The notes beneath the pieces were generated by a model. It made no database searches and was not told the DNA's origin. It saw nothing but the letters and a program-made list of their open reading frames with translations. A program made the position numbers and the translations under genes. A DNA stretch of 64,000 nucleotides from Eledone cirrhosa (taxonomy: Eukaryota), in contig OZ024758.1 of NCBI GenBank assembly GCA_964016885.1, positions 29,140,001 through 29,204,000 on the forward strand. Reading direction: 5' to 3'. Below, in pieces: positions 11,405 to 26,300 of this stretch (positions within the stretch are counted from its first letter, which is position 1; the number at the start of each line of letters is the position of its first letter).

Positions 11405-11800
11405 TTCAATGGGTCTTAGAACTGCTCATCCTCCTCTGGCCTCAGCTGAAACAGACTCAACAATTGATCTCCACATGGGTCTGTCATTCATTGCCGTTGC
11501 CAAGTCCTGGATATCAATACCAGAATTTCTGGAGATGACATTGAGATAGGAGAGCTTGTGTCCCCTGTTATTAGTGACTGCTTGTGGTTTCCAAAGCACT
11601 AATGGGGACACAGCTTCATAGGTGGCACGATGGCAGTGGCCAGCAAATCTTGCTCTCCTTTTACGTACAACTGATATGCTTGGGAGGCCAGCATTCTTTC
11701 AAAGTCAGATGTCGCTAGCTTATCTTCTGGATGCGTTGAAGTAAGCAAGTGTAGATGCCATCAAGGCGCTTTTGCTGTTTGGATGAAATACTCAGCAATG
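11405..11800 (-). mobile_element. RTE-clade LINE 3' fragment (second family)
   Basis: The minus-strand ORF ...LVLWKP...KLSYLNVISRNSGIDIQDLATAMNDRPMWRSIV has the RTE C-terminal DR..WR pattern. Upstream is RRARFAGHCHR-like sequence. Confidence 0.7.
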
Positions 11801-13020
11801 CTACTCTCTTCTCCAAGCATATATCGATAATAGTTTGGGTAAAATTACTGGAGACTTTAGATTTCACAAGTTTCTTTTTGCAAAATTGTATATGTGAAAA
11901 ATGACAATACTCTGAACAAGTTTTATAGTTTCGTTAATTGTAAACTAAAAAATAAAAATATAGTTGGAAAAAATTCTATAAAAATGTATTCAAATGTATT
12001 GAAAATATTTTAGCTGTGAGGGTGTATTGAATATGTCAGCCTATTTGAAAAAAGGTCTTGCTGCCATTTGGAGACTCATAGGACTTCTGATTGTAGACAT
12101 ATTTCTTTCAATATTTACTGTACAAATAAATCAATTTTCAGAACCGAACTATTCATACTGCCATGATAAAAATATCATTGTTTCTGACAAGCATATTTAA
12201 TCTCTTCAATGCCATAGATGAGATAACTTGTCCTAACATGTATACACTCCAGTATCACAGACGAAATAACTCGTCCTAACATGTTTGAATTCATTTCCAA
12301 CAATTCATAACTTCAAATTTATGATCTCGTTTCCAAAAGTTCATAACTTCAAAGTTATGAATTTGTTCATAACAGTTCATAACTTCAAAGCTAGATGGGG
12401 TTACTAGTTTATTGATGTGACATTTGTCAATCATTTAGATATGTGTTGTTAATAAATGTTTGTTTAAAAAATAGTCATTTTACTGGAAAAACTCAGCACA
12501 ACAACTGTAGTTGTGTAAATATATGCAGCAGTCAACAGGTTAATCAAATTAAGGATAAAATATATAACCCAGGTAATATATCTGTGTTAATAAAAGATAT
12601 ATTGTATTTACGTATCAAGGTATCTATAAAAAATTTACAATTTCAATTCCTTCTTTCATATATGGGATGTCCATTGAAAAGATGTTTTAACACTTTACTT
12701 TCAAGTTATTTCAACTAGTCGACAACCTTCCTTTGTATCATCCAATGTATATGCTCCATATTGTGTTTAAGTCAGAATTTTAAGTATTCATTATTCATTT
12801 TAAAGATATGTTTTTTTTGTTTTGTTTTTCTAAGCCTGATATGATGTTTGTGTGTTTCGTATTTTAAATGTCAACTGACTTGGTTATGCTTCATGTTATA
12901 TATGTCAGTATTCAGTTAATTTGTGTATCACAAGCCATGCATAGGGTTGTTGCTGCATCTTGTCTCTTGAGAGCTGGGTTCGTTTTTTAGTTTTAATTAT
13001 TTTCTTTTAATTCATGTTAG

Positions 13021-13069
13021 GAATTTTATAAAAAGATTTTTGTGTTGTTCTCTGAAGCTTATTTTGTAG
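13021..13069 (+). CDS. Candidate 49-nt cassette exon (alternative septin tail) or recursive splice site
   Basis: Acceptor tttcttttaattcatgttag. Phase 2 reads (E)NFIKRFLCCSLKLIL*, and its TAG stop (13067-13069) is directly followed by GTAAGA. Prediction only. Confidence 0.4.
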
Positions 13070-14845
13070 GTAAGATTATTATTATTTTCTATTAATGTGT
13101 ATGATGCACCACTTGTATGGTAAGCCTTTTTTGTTACCTCCCATACTTGTTTCAACAATCATCCTCTTCACACAGCCTAGCACACTCTACTTTTAAGTAA
13201 TACCTCTCTTGGTAGGTTTTCTAAATAATCAATTTTTGCAAAATATTTTGTGATTATTGATTTGTTTTCCTTCTTGATTTAATTTCCAATGAGTCTTCCT
13301 AATTCTAAGTGTATACTACATGGTTCTATAGTTTACTATGTAATTAGAGATAGCCCTTTTGGAATTGAGATTCTTTGGTGGCTTATATTGAAGTATTCAG
13401 TTCTCCCTTAGAAGAAAGTGTCTTTCTTGAGAAAAACGATGGCTAGGCATTGGGTTAGCAACCTATTCTTGTAAGACAATGTTGTAGTAACCTATGACAC
13501 AGCAATTTGTGTCTAATTCATTTAAAAAACCATGTAGAATGGTGTAATGTTTATATATCTTTATTCTAAGAAAGGGTTTAAGTTTTATTCAATAACTGAT
13601 GAGATGCTTTGTTTTGGCAATGATTAACTTGTTTAAATTTGTTTAATTTTATTTAAATATTCATGAGATACATGTCTGATAAGAGAATAATTAATTGGAT
13701 TAACTGTTAGGAATGTTATCAATAATTATTGGATTTGTTATTCGACTTCAAATGTTTTAAGTCTTATCCAAAAGTGTCTTGGTCTTCACACAAATACCGA
13801 TGCATATTAGAACTATTTTTATTGATATATTTTTCATATTTTCACCAGCTCCGTTTTGAAAAGTGTCTTAATCATCATCATTATCAACACTGTAGATTAT
13901 CATTAGGGTTATTCTATGTTGGACTGGGTCTGAAAAATAGTATCGTTTATCTACTAGCATCCTATTTGTCGGGCTCTAACATATTCAGGCATTTTTTCTC
14001 AAATATTTACTGGTCTTTGTAAGTAAATCATTGGTCACTTTGACAACCAACTCACAGCACATCCCTGCTTCCTCTGCATGCATTCAAATGATATCCCAAA
14101 GCAGTTGCCTATCCTGCATATATTGGCCAATGCCTTTGATACACCAGCTGCTTTTGCGACTATCTTGTGCTCAGCATTTCTTTCAGGTTAACACTGAACA
14201 TTCAACAGGCTACACCAAATTAATGTCTTCCTTATCATTGTATATTCTCTGCATTTTGTATCTATTATATTATATGACCATATATAAAGTGTATATCCTC
14301 ACACTTCATACATATGACTCCCACATTGCCCTTTCACAAAGATTATAGGAACATAAAGCCAGGTTATAGGAACTATTTATTCCTACCTGTTGTTCCTTGA
14401 TTACTATTTTGTTTCTTAAATATTTTGCTAAGCCCTGTATCTATATTTGCTAGTAACTTATTGATTATACTTGCTACAACTTTGTATTTTTTTCATGATA
14501 TATCAAATCATTTTGTTTGTTCATATAGTAATTTTTTTATCTAGATTTGTTTCTTACAAAATCAAGGCATTTGGCTTTTAAAAAGAAAACTATAATTGTT
14601 CATATTTGATATTTTTTATAATTAAATATGTATTGAAAAGATATTTAGTAGAATATATTATGCAAAAAAATTCTTTTAATTTTTTTAACATTTAAAATGG
14701 AAGAAAGTTTTAGATTTTAAATTATATTTTTTCTTCATTCAAAGTATCAGAATTTATAGAGAAAGTTATTATTCAATAGCTTTCACAATATTTTTTAATC
14801 TTAAAGAAAAAGAAAATAGCTGGCCTTGTGCCGAAATTAGAAGCC

Positions 14846-14882
<37 letters not shown>

Positions 14883-15088
14883 GCCAATTTACATTAAATA
14901 TAATCTAAAACTTATATGAATGTAATTACTACAAAAGTATTTATTCCAGTTACGAATCTGTATGTCTAATATTTAGAACAATATGCTTTTCAATTATGCA
15001 CAACCTCTATTCAAGGGGTTCCTCTCTTCTCTCAAACTGCTTGATACCATCTAGCTTGCATATAATCTCACCTATTCCTGTCATACAG

Positions 15089-15314
15089 TGAATATTTGTC
15101 TCAAATATTTTCAGTGGCTTTCGCAACTTGTGTGTCTTACCCTGCTAAGTGGAAACCAATGTGGTTTGTATTGTGTCCTTTGTACGTCTGTGTCATCCTG
15201 CTTAGCAGCTGCTATTCAGCTTCTTGTGTTGTCCTTATTGTGGCTAAGACTGTCAATATCCTTAAACAGTTTTATAATATTTACAAATTAGTTTATATTT
15301 GTATGTATCATTAG
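15089..15314 (+). CDS. Candidate alternative terminal exon encoding a hydrophobic, Cys-rich tail
   Basis: Acceptor ctcacctattcctgtcatacag (AG 15087-15088). Phase 2 enters ORF 15096..15314 exactly in frame: (D)EYLSQIFSVAFATCVSYPAKWKPMWFVLCPLYVCVILLSSCYSASCVVLIVAKTVNILKQ... Prediction only. Confidence 0.35.
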
Positions 15315-15645
15315 CTGGGGGGGGTTCAGAAAGTTGTCATCTTCACCTACACACATACCTTCATGTTACTGCTCAAACCCAACCCTGTGCATGATTTCAG
15401 AGCTTCAGTTGCCGCCTTGTTGTTATTATTTCAATCACAAGTTACAAGTAAAATAATGAAAGTTAGATTCTCCTATTTTGAGTGATATATTTATTTTTGT
15501 TTTTGCTAAAAAATAAAATCATTTAGGGCCAATTCTTAATGAACCTAATATATCATTTATTATTATTTTCATACAATGGCTATTTTATTGTTTATTGATC
15601 TAAGATATTTATTTTGTTTTATGGTAGGACAATATAATGTAGGGT

Positions 15646-15928
15646 GGAGGTGTGTGGCCTCGTGGTAAGGGTGTTGGACTTAGCGATCATAACATCATGG
15701 GTTTGACTCCTGGACTGGGTTGTGTGTTGTGTTCTTGAGCAAAACACTTCATTTCATGCTGCTCCAGAATATTCAGCTGAAAATGAGTGCCAGTATTAGC
15801 AGGGAGTTTCACCCTGCGATGGACTGGCGGCTTGTCCAGGGAAAAGTCTTGTACTCTCAGTTACTTCACACCATGGACACAGGTTAAGCCCCAGCCTGAT
15901 GAGTCTCTGGGCTCGAGACAGACTTTAC
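15646..15928 (+). mobile_element. tRNA-derived SINE, family C
   Basis: gtggcctcgtggtaaggg head, gtgttgtgttcttgagcaaaacactt core, accctgcgatggactggc segment. Homologous to 52429-52717. Confidence 0.82.
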
Positions 15929-17310
15929 ATATAAGGTAGTGGTAAAAAATATTTTCCCCAGTAACAGCTCAGGTGTTGACAGTTATTTTTTAAATGTTTG
16001 CCTTTTTTAGCTGGAGACTCTCTTTTGGATTGGCTAAGTGGATCAGTTTATGAATGTTAAATATTAACAAAAGACAATGTCATTATCTAGTCAATATTTC
16101 TTACTATTGAGGGCTGAAGCAGTGGTTACTTCCTTCCTCTCAGTTCAAACTCAACTTTTTCCTTTTATCCTTCTAAATCATCATCATCATCAAATAAGTA
16201 CCAGGATTGTGCTCAGATTGTTTGTATACATACATACCCCTACAAAAATTGACTTTGACTCTTGTCAAAATAACTATTCTTTATATTCAATGGTTTTTCT
16301 CAAGTCTTTTTTTATTTGGTTTGCTTCTCTATCACTGCTAGACCCTCTCAATGTCTTGGTTCCTTAACTTGATGTAACTTTTCCTCAGTTTCATTCTTTC
16401 CCATCCAAAGATTCACTTAGAGTAAAGCATCTCAACTCGTACTGCTTCAGTCTCTGTCCATTTCATGCTGTATTATGTGATACAATCAAGGACTCTAGTC
16501 GATACAGATGTTTCTTTGAGAAAAAGCATTCAAAGTTAATTGTCGAATAAACTGTCCTACGTAGGAATTAAGGAATTTTGTGGATGTAAAGTCTTTCTGT
16601 GGAACCATATCTTGGACTTATAGCCAAAAGATTTCATAGCAAGACAAAGTATATCTACACGAGTTCATCATCATTATCATCATCTTCGTTTAACATCTAT
16701 TTTTCCATACTAGCATGGGTTAGACAAGTTTCCCCGTTGTGAAACATGTCAGGCGCAGTGACCGTGTCTTGCTGATACAGAACTGGATTTGGCTTGATAT
16801 CAGCAAGATACTGTCACATGAGCTGGCTTGTCTCACAACAGGGCAACTCGTGTAACCCATGCTGGCGTGGAAAAATGGGCGTTATATGGAGATGATGATG
16901 ATGAACTCATAGAATTCACTTGGCATATGAACCATCCAGCAACACACAGCAACCAAACTACATGGTTGCTCTTTAAATTACAGCCTAATGTATTGAGGAA
17001 GGCCACATTGGATAATACAGTTTTAAGAATGGAATTGTTATGGATTTAATGTTTAGTCAGGGCTAATATGGGGCTAAACAGCAACAACTATAACCCTTTA
17101 TAACAACAAATGCAAGATAGTTGCTGGCTTTTAAAAGGTTATCTTGCAGTTATTTTATCAGAATGTAGTATTTGTTAATTCTTAAAGTATTATTGTAATT
17201 TTCCCTATCTTCATATTGTTAACCTTCCTGTAATAATTTAGTACAAAATATATTTATTAATTCAAATATTTTTAGTATCTTTACTAGTGGACAGATCATT
17301 GGGAACACTT

Positions 17311-20300
17311 GCAGTATTACAGTAAAGACTTTAGTGTGTGATACAATAGTCATAGTGTCGTATTTCAGTAAAGACTGGAGTATGTGATACAATACAGTCA
17401 TAGTGTAGTATTACAGTAAAGACTGGAGTATGTGATACAATACAGTCATAGTGTAGTATTACAGTAAAGACTGGAGTATGATACAATACAGTCATAGTGT
17501 AGTATTACAGTAAAGACTGGAGTATGATACAATACAGTCATAGTGTAGTATTACAGTAAAGACTGGAGTATGATACAATACAGTCATAGTGTAGTATTAC
17601 AGTAAAGACTGGAGTATGATACAATACAGTCATAGTGTAGTATTACAGTAAAGACTGGAGTATGATACAATACAATCACAGTGTAGTATTTACAGTAAAG
17701 ACTGGAGTATGTGATACAATACAGTCATAGTGTAGTATTACAGTAAAGACTGGAGTATGTGATACAATACAGTCATAGTGTAGTATTACAGTAAAGACTG
17801 GAGTATGTGATACAATACAGTCATAGTGTAGTATTACAGTAAAGACTGGAGTATGTGATACAATACAGGCATAGTGTAGTATTACAGTAAAGACTGGAGT
17901 ATGATACAATACTGTCATAGTGTATTATTACAGTAAAGACTGGAGTATGTGATACAATACAGTCATTGTGTAGTATTACAGTAAAGACTGGAGTATGATA
18001 CAATACTGTCATAGTGTATTATTACAGTAAAGACTGGAGTATGTGATACAATACAGTCATAGTGTAGTATTACAGTAAAGACTGGAGTATGTGATACAAT
18101 ACAGTCATAGTGTCTTATTACAGTAAAGACTGGAGTATGTGATACAATACAGTCATAGTGTAGTATTACAGTAAAGACTGGAGTATGTGATACAATACAG
18201 GCATAGTGTAGTATTACAGTAAAGACTGGAGTATGATACAATACTGTCATAGTGTATTATTACAGTAAAGACTGGAGTATGTGATACAATACAGTCATAG
18301 TGTCGTATTACAGTAAAGACTGGAGTATGTGATACAATACAGTCATAGTGTCTTATTACAGTAAAGACTGGAGTATGTGATACAATACAGTCATAGTGTA
18401 GTATTACAGTAAAGACTGGAGTATGTGATACAATACAGGCATAGTGTAGTATTACAGTAAAGACTGGAGTATGATACAATACTGTCATAGTGTATTATTA
18501 CAGTAAAGACTGGAGTATGTGATACAATACAGTCATAGTGTCGTATTACAGTAAAGACTGGAGTATGTGATACAATACAGTCATAGTGTAGTATTACAGT
18601 AAAGACTGGAGTATGTGATACAATACAGGCATAGTGTAGTATTACAGTAAAGACTGGTGTATGATACAATACAGTCATAGTGTAGTATTACATTAAAGAC
18701 TCGAGTATGTGATACAATACAGGCATAGTGTAGTATTACAGTAAAGACTGGAGTATGATACAATAGTCATAGTGTAGTATTACAGTAAAGACTGGAGTAT
18801 GTGATACAATACAGTCATAGTGTAGTATTACAGTAAAGACTGGAGTATGTGATACAATACAGTCATTGTGTAGTATTACAGTAAAGACTGGAGTATGTGA
18901 TACAATACAGTCATAGTGTAGTATTACAGTAAAGACTGGAGTATGTGATACAATACAGTCATTGTGTAGTATTACAGTAAAGACTGGAGTATGTGATACA
19001 ATAGTCAGTGTAGTATTACAGTAAAGACTGGAGTATGATACAATACAGGCATAGTGTAGTATTACAGTAAAGACTGGAGTATGTGATACAATACAGGCAT
19101 AGTGTAGTATTACAGTAAAGACTGGAGTATGATACAATACAGTCATAGTGTAGTATTACAGTAAAGACTGGAGTATGTGATACAATACAGTCATAGTGTC
19201 GTATTACAGTAAAGACTGGAGTATGTGATACAATACAGTCATAGTGTAGTATTACAGTAAAGACTGGAGTATGTGATACAATACAGGCATAGTGTAGTAT
19301 TACAGTAAAGACTGGACTATGATACAATACAGTCATAGTGTAGTATTACAGTAAAGACTGAAGTATTATACAATAGTCATAGTGTAGTATTACAGTAAAG
19401 ACTGGAGTATGTGATACAATAGTCATAGTGTAGTATTACAGTAAAGACTGGAGTGTGATACAATACAGTCATAGTGTAGTATTACAGTAAAGACTGGACT
19501 ATGATACAATAGTCATAGTGTAGTATTACAGTAAAGACTGGAGTATGTGATACAATACAGTCATAGTGTAGTATTACAGTAAAGACTGGAGTATGAGATA
19601 CAATAGTCATAGTGTAGTATTACAGTAAAGACTGGACTATGATACAATACAGTCATAGTGTAGTATTACAGTAAAGACTGGAGTATGTGATACAATAGTC
19701 ATAGTGTAGTATTACAGTAAAGACTGGACTATGATACAATACAGTCATAGTGTAGTATTACAGTAAAGACTGGAGTATGATACAATACAGTCATAGTGTA
19801 GTATTACAGTAAAGACTGGAGTATGTGATACAATAGTCATAGTGTAGTATTACAGTAAAGACTGGAGTATGTGATACAATACAGTCATAGTGTAGTATTA
19901 CAGTAAAGACTGGAGTATGAGATACAATTGTCTCATAGTGTAGTATTACAGTAAAGACTGGACTATGATACAATACAGTCATAGTGTAGTATTACAGTAA
20001 AGACTGGAGTATGTGATACAATAGTCATAGTGTAGTATTACAGTAAAGACTGGACTATGATACAATACAGTCATAGTGTAGTATTACAGTAAAGACTGGA
20101 GTATGATACAATACAGTCATAGTGTAGTATTACAGTAAAGACTGGAGTATGTGATACAATAGTCATAGTGTAGTATTACAGTAAAGACTGGAGTATGTGA
20201 TACAATACGGTCATAGTGTAGTATTACAGTAAAGACTGGAGTATGTGATACAATACGGTCATAGTGTAGTATTACAGTAAAGACTGGAGTATGTGATACA

Positions 20301-23300
20301 ATACAGTCATAGTGTAGTATTACAGTAAAGACTGGAGTATGTGATACAATACAGTCATAGTGTAGTATTACAGTAAAGACTGGAGTATGTGATACAATAC
20401 AGTCATAGTGTAGTATTACAGTAAAGACTGCAGTATGATACAATACAGGCATAGTGTAGTATTACAGTAAAGGCTGGACTATGATACAATACAGTCATAG
20501 TGTACTATTACAGTAAAGACTGGAGTATGATACAATACAGTCATAGTGTAGTATTACAGTAAAGGCTGGAGTATGATACAATACAGTCATAGTGTAGTAT
20601 TACAGTAAAGACTGGAGTATGATACAATACAGTCATGGTGTAGTATTACAGTAAAGACTGGAGTATGATACAATAGTCATAGTGTAGTATTACAGTAAAG
20701 ACTGGACTATGATACAATAGTCATAGTGTAGTATTACAGTAAAGACTGGAGTATGCTACAATACAGTCATAGTGTAGTATTACAGTAAAGACTGGAGTAT
20801 GATACAATAGTCATAGTGTAGTATTACAGTAAAGACTGGAGTATGTGATACAATACAGTCATAGTGTAGTATTACAGTAAAGACTGTAGTATGATACAAT
20901 ACAGTCATAGTGTAGTATTACAGTAAAGACTGGAGTATGATACAATAGTCATAGTGTAGTATTACAGTAAAGACTGGAGTATGTGATACAATACAGTCAT
21001 AGTGTAGTATTACAGTAAAGACTGTAGTATGATACAATAGTCATAGTGTAGCATTACAGTAAAGACTGGAGTATGTGATACAATACACTCATAGTGTAGT
21101 ATTACAGTAAAGACTGGAGTATGATACAATACAGTCATAGTGTAGTATTACAGTAAAGACTGGAGTATGATACAATACAGTCAGTGTAGTATTACAGTAA
21201 AGACTGGAGTATGTGATACAATACAGTCATAGTGTAGTATTACAGTAAAGACTGGAGTATGTGATACAATACAGTCATAGTGTAGTATTGCAGTAAAGAC
21301 TGGAGTGTGATACAATAGTCATAGTGTAGTATTACAGTAAAGACTGGAGTATGTGATACAATACAGTCATAGTGTAGTATTACAGTAAAGACTGGAGTAT
21401 GTGATACAATACAGTCATAGTGTAGTATTACAGTAAAGACTGGAGTATGTGATACAATACAGTCATAGTGTAGTATTACAGTAAAGACTGGAGTATGTGA
21501 TACAATACAGTCATAGTGTAGTATTACAGTAAAGACTGGAGTATATGATACAATACAGTCATAGTGTAGTATTACAGTAAAGACTGGAGTGTGATGCAAT
21601 ACAGTCATAGTGTAGTATTACATTAAAGACTCGAGTATGTGATACAATACAGGCATAGTGTAGTATTACAGTAAAGACTGGAGTATGTGATACAATACAG
21701 TCATAGTGTAGTATTACAGTAAAGACTGGAGTATGTGATACAATACAGTCATAGTGTAGTATTACAGTAAAGACTGGAGTATGTGATACAATACAGGCAT
21801 AGTGTAGTATTACAGTAAAGACTGGAGTATGTGATACAATACAGTCATAGTGTAGTATTACAGTAAAGACTGGAGTATGTGATACAATACAGTCATAGTG
21901 TAATATTACAGTAAAGACTGGAGTATGTGATACAATACAGGCATAGTGTAGTATTACAGTAAAGACTGGAGTATGTGATACAATACAGTCATAGTGTAGT
22001 ATTACAGTAAAGACTGGAGTATGTGATACAATACAGGCATAGTGTAGTATTACAGTAAAGACTGGAGTATGTGATACAATACAGGCATAGTGTAGTATTA
22101 CAGTAAAGACTGGAGTATGTGATACAATACAATCATAGTGTAGTATTACAGTAAAGACTGGAGTATCTGATACAATACAGGCATAGTGTAGTATTACAGT
22201 AAAGACTGGAGTATGTGATACAATACAGTCATAGTGTAGTATTACAGTAAAGACTGGACTATGATACAATACAGTCATAGTGTAGTATTACAGTAAAGAC
22301 TGGAGTATGTGATACAATACAGTCATAGTGTAGTATTACAGTAAAGACTGGAGTATGTGATACAATAGTCATAGTGTAGTATTACAGTAAAGACTGGAGT
22401 ATGATACAATAGTCATAGTGTAGTATTACAGTAAAGACTGGAGTATGATACAATAGTCATAGTGTAGTATTACAGTAAAGTCTGGAGTATGTGATACAAT
22501 ACAGTCATAGTGTAGTATTACAGTAAAGACTGGAGTATGATACAATAGTCATAGTGTAGTATTACAGTAAAGACTGGAGTATGATACAATACAGTCATAG
22601 TGTAGTATTACAGTAAAGACTGGAGTATGTGATACAATACAGTCATAGTGTAGTATTACAGTAAAGACTGGAGTATGTGATACAATACAGTCATAGTGTA
22701 GTATTACAGTAAAGACTGGAGTATGTGATACAATACAGTCATAGTGTAGTATTACAGTAAAGACTGGTGTATGATACAATACAGTCAGTGTAGTATTACA
22801 GTAAAGACTGGAGTATGATACAATACAGTCATAGTGTAGTATTACAGTAAAGACTGGTGTATGATACAATACAGTCATAGTGTAGTATTACAGTAAAGAC
22901 TGGAGTATGTGATACAATACAGTCATAGTGTAGTATTACAGTAAAGACTGGAGTATGTGATACAATACAGTCATAGTGTAGTATTACAGTAAAGACTGGA
23001 GTATGATACAATAGTCATAGTGTAGTATTACAGTGAAGACGACTATGATACAATACAGTCATAGTGTAGTATTACAGTAAAGACTGGAGTATGATACAAT
23101 AGTCATAGTGTAGTATTACAGGAAAGACTGGTGTATGATACAATACATAGTGTAGTATTACAGTAAAGACTGGAGTATGTGATACAATAGTCAGTGTAGT
23201 ATTACAGTAAAGACTGGAGTATGTGATACAATATAGTCATAGTGTAGTATTACATTAAAGACTCGAGTATGTGATACAATACAGTCATAGTGTAGTATTA

Positions 23301-26300
23301 CAGTAAAGACTGGAGTATGTGATACAATACAGTCATAGTGTAGTATTACAGTAAAGACTGGAGTATGTGATACAATACAGTCATAGTGTAGTATGACAGT
23401 AAAGACTGGAGTATGTGATACAATATAGTCATAGTGTAGTATTACATTAAAGACTCGAGTATGTGATACAATACAGGCATAGTGTAGTATTACAGTAAAG
23501 ACTGGACTGATACAATACAGTCATAGTGTAGTATTACAGTAAAGACTGGAGTATGTGATACAATACAGTCATAGTGTAGTATTACAGTAAAGACTGGAGT
23601 ATGTGATACGATAGTCATAGTGTAGTATTACAGTAAAGACTGGAGTATGTGATACAATACAGGCATAGTGTAGTATTACAGTAAAGACTGGAGTATGTGA
23701 TACAATACAGTCATAGTGTAGTATTACAGTAAAGACTGGAGTATGTGATACAATACAGGCATAGTGTAGTATTACAGTAAAGACTGGAGTATGTGATACA
23801 ATACAGGCATAGTGTAGTATTACAGTAAAGACTGGAGTATGTGATACAATACAGTCATAGTGTAGTATTACAGTAAGGACTGGAGTATGTGATACAATAC
23901 AGTCATAGTGTAGTATTACAGTAAAGACTGGAGTATGATACAATAGTCATAGTGTATTATTACAGTAAAGACTGGAGTATGTGATACAATACAGTCATAG
24001 TGTAGTATTACAGTAAGGACTGGAGTATGTGATACAATAGTCAGTGTAGTATTACAGTAAAGACTGGAGTATGATACAATAGTCATAGTGTAGTATTACA
24101 GTAAAGACTGGAGTATGATACAATAGTCATAGTGTAGTATTACAGTAAAGACTGGAGTATGTGATACAATACAGTCATAGTGTAGTATTACAGTAAGGAC
24201 TGGAGTATGTGATACAATACACTCGTAGTGTAGTATTACAGTAAAGACTGGAGTATGATACAATAGTCATAGTGTAGTATTACAGTAAAGACTGGAGTAT
24301 GTGATACAATACAGTCATAGTGTAGTATTACAGTAAAGACTGGAGTATGATAGAATAGTCATAGTGTAGTATTACAGTAAAGACTGGAGTATGTGATACA
24401 ATACAGTCATAGTGTAGTATTACAGTAAAGACTGGAGTATGATACAATAGTCATAGTGTAGTATTACAGTAAAGACTGGAGTATGTGATACAATACAGTC
24501 ATAGTGTAGTATTACAGTAAAGACTGGAGTATGATAGAATAGTCATAGTGTAGTATTACAGTAAAGACTGGAGTATGTGATACAATACAGTCATAGTGTA
24601 GTATTACAGTAAAGACTGGAGTATGATACAATAGTCATAGTGTAGTATTACAGTAAAGACTGGAGTATGTGATACAATACAGTCATAGTGTAGTATTACA
24701 GTAAAGACTGGAGTATGATAGAATAGTCATAGTGTAGTATTACAGTAAAGACTGGAGTATGTGATACAATACAGTCATAGTGTAGTATTACAGTAAAGAC
24801 TGGAGTATGATAGAATAGTCATAGTGTAGTATTACAGTAAAGACTGGAGTATGTGATACAATACAGTCATAGTGTAGTATTACAGTAAAGACTGGAGTGT
24901 GATACAATAGTCATAGTGTAGTATTACAGTAAAGACTGGAGTATGTGACACAATACAGTCATAGTGTAGTATTACAGTAAAGACTGGAGTATGTGATACA
25001 ATACAGTCATAGTGTAGTATTACAGTAAAGACTGGAGTATGTGATACAATACAGTCATAGTGTAGTATTACAGTAAAGACTGGAGTGTGATACAATACAG
25101 TCATAGTGTAGTATTACAGTAAAGACTGGAGTATGTGATACAATACAGTCATAGTGTAGTATTACAGTAAAGACTGGAGTATGTGATACAATACAGTCAT
25201 AGTGTAGTATTACAGTAAAGACTGGAGTATGTGATACAATACAGTCATAGTGTAGTATTACAGTAAAGACTGGAGTATGTGATACAATACAGTCATAGTG
25301 TAGTATTACAGTAAAGACTGGAGTATATGATACAATACAGTCATAGTGTAGTATTACAGTAAAGACTGGAGTGTGATGCAATACAGTCATAGTGTAGTAT
25401 TACAGTAAAGACTGGAGTATGTGATACAATACAGTCATAGTGTAGTATTACAGTAAAGACTGGAGTATGTGATACAATACAGTCATAGTGTAGTATTACA
25501 GTAAAGACTGGAGTATGTGATACAATACAGTCATAGTGTAGTATTACAGTAAAGACTGGAGTATGTGATACAATACAGTCATAGTGTAGTATTACAGTAA
25601 AGACTGGAGTATGTGATACAATACAGTCATAGTGTAGTATTACAGTAAAGACTGGAGTATGTGATACAATACAGTCATAGTGTAGTATTACAGTAAAGAC
25701 TGGAGTATGTGATACAATACAGTCATAGTGTAGTATTACAGTAAAGACTGGAGTATGTGATACAATACAGTCATAGTGTAGTATTACAGTAAAGACTGGA
25801 GTATGTGATACAATACAGTCATAGTGTAGTATTACAGTAAAGACTGGAGTATGTGATACAATACAGTCATAGTGTAGTATTACAGTAAAGACTGGAGTAT
25901 GTGATACAATACAGTCATAGTGTAGTATTACAGTAAAGACTGGAGTATGTGATACAATACAGTCATAGTGTAGTATTACAGTAAAGACTGGAGTATGTGA
26001 TACAATACAGTCATAGTGTAGTATTACAGTAAAGACTGGAGTATGTGATACAATACAGTCATAGTGTAGTATTACAGTAAAGACTGGAGTATATGATACA
26101 ATACAGTCATAGTGTAGTATTACAGTAAAGACTGGAGTGTGATGCAATACAGTCATAGTGTAGTATTACAGTAAAGACTGGAGTATGTGATGCAATACAG
26201 TCATAGTGTAGTATTACAGTAAAGACTGGAGTATGTGATAAAATACAGTCATAGTGTAGTATTACAGTAAAGACTGGAGTATGTGATACAATACAGTCAT

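Noticed and set aside
16475-16487. Short match (tatgtgatacaat) to the 48-bp satellite about 0.8 kb upstream of the array
   Set aside because: Only ~13 AT-rich bases; not enough to call it the seed of the array.
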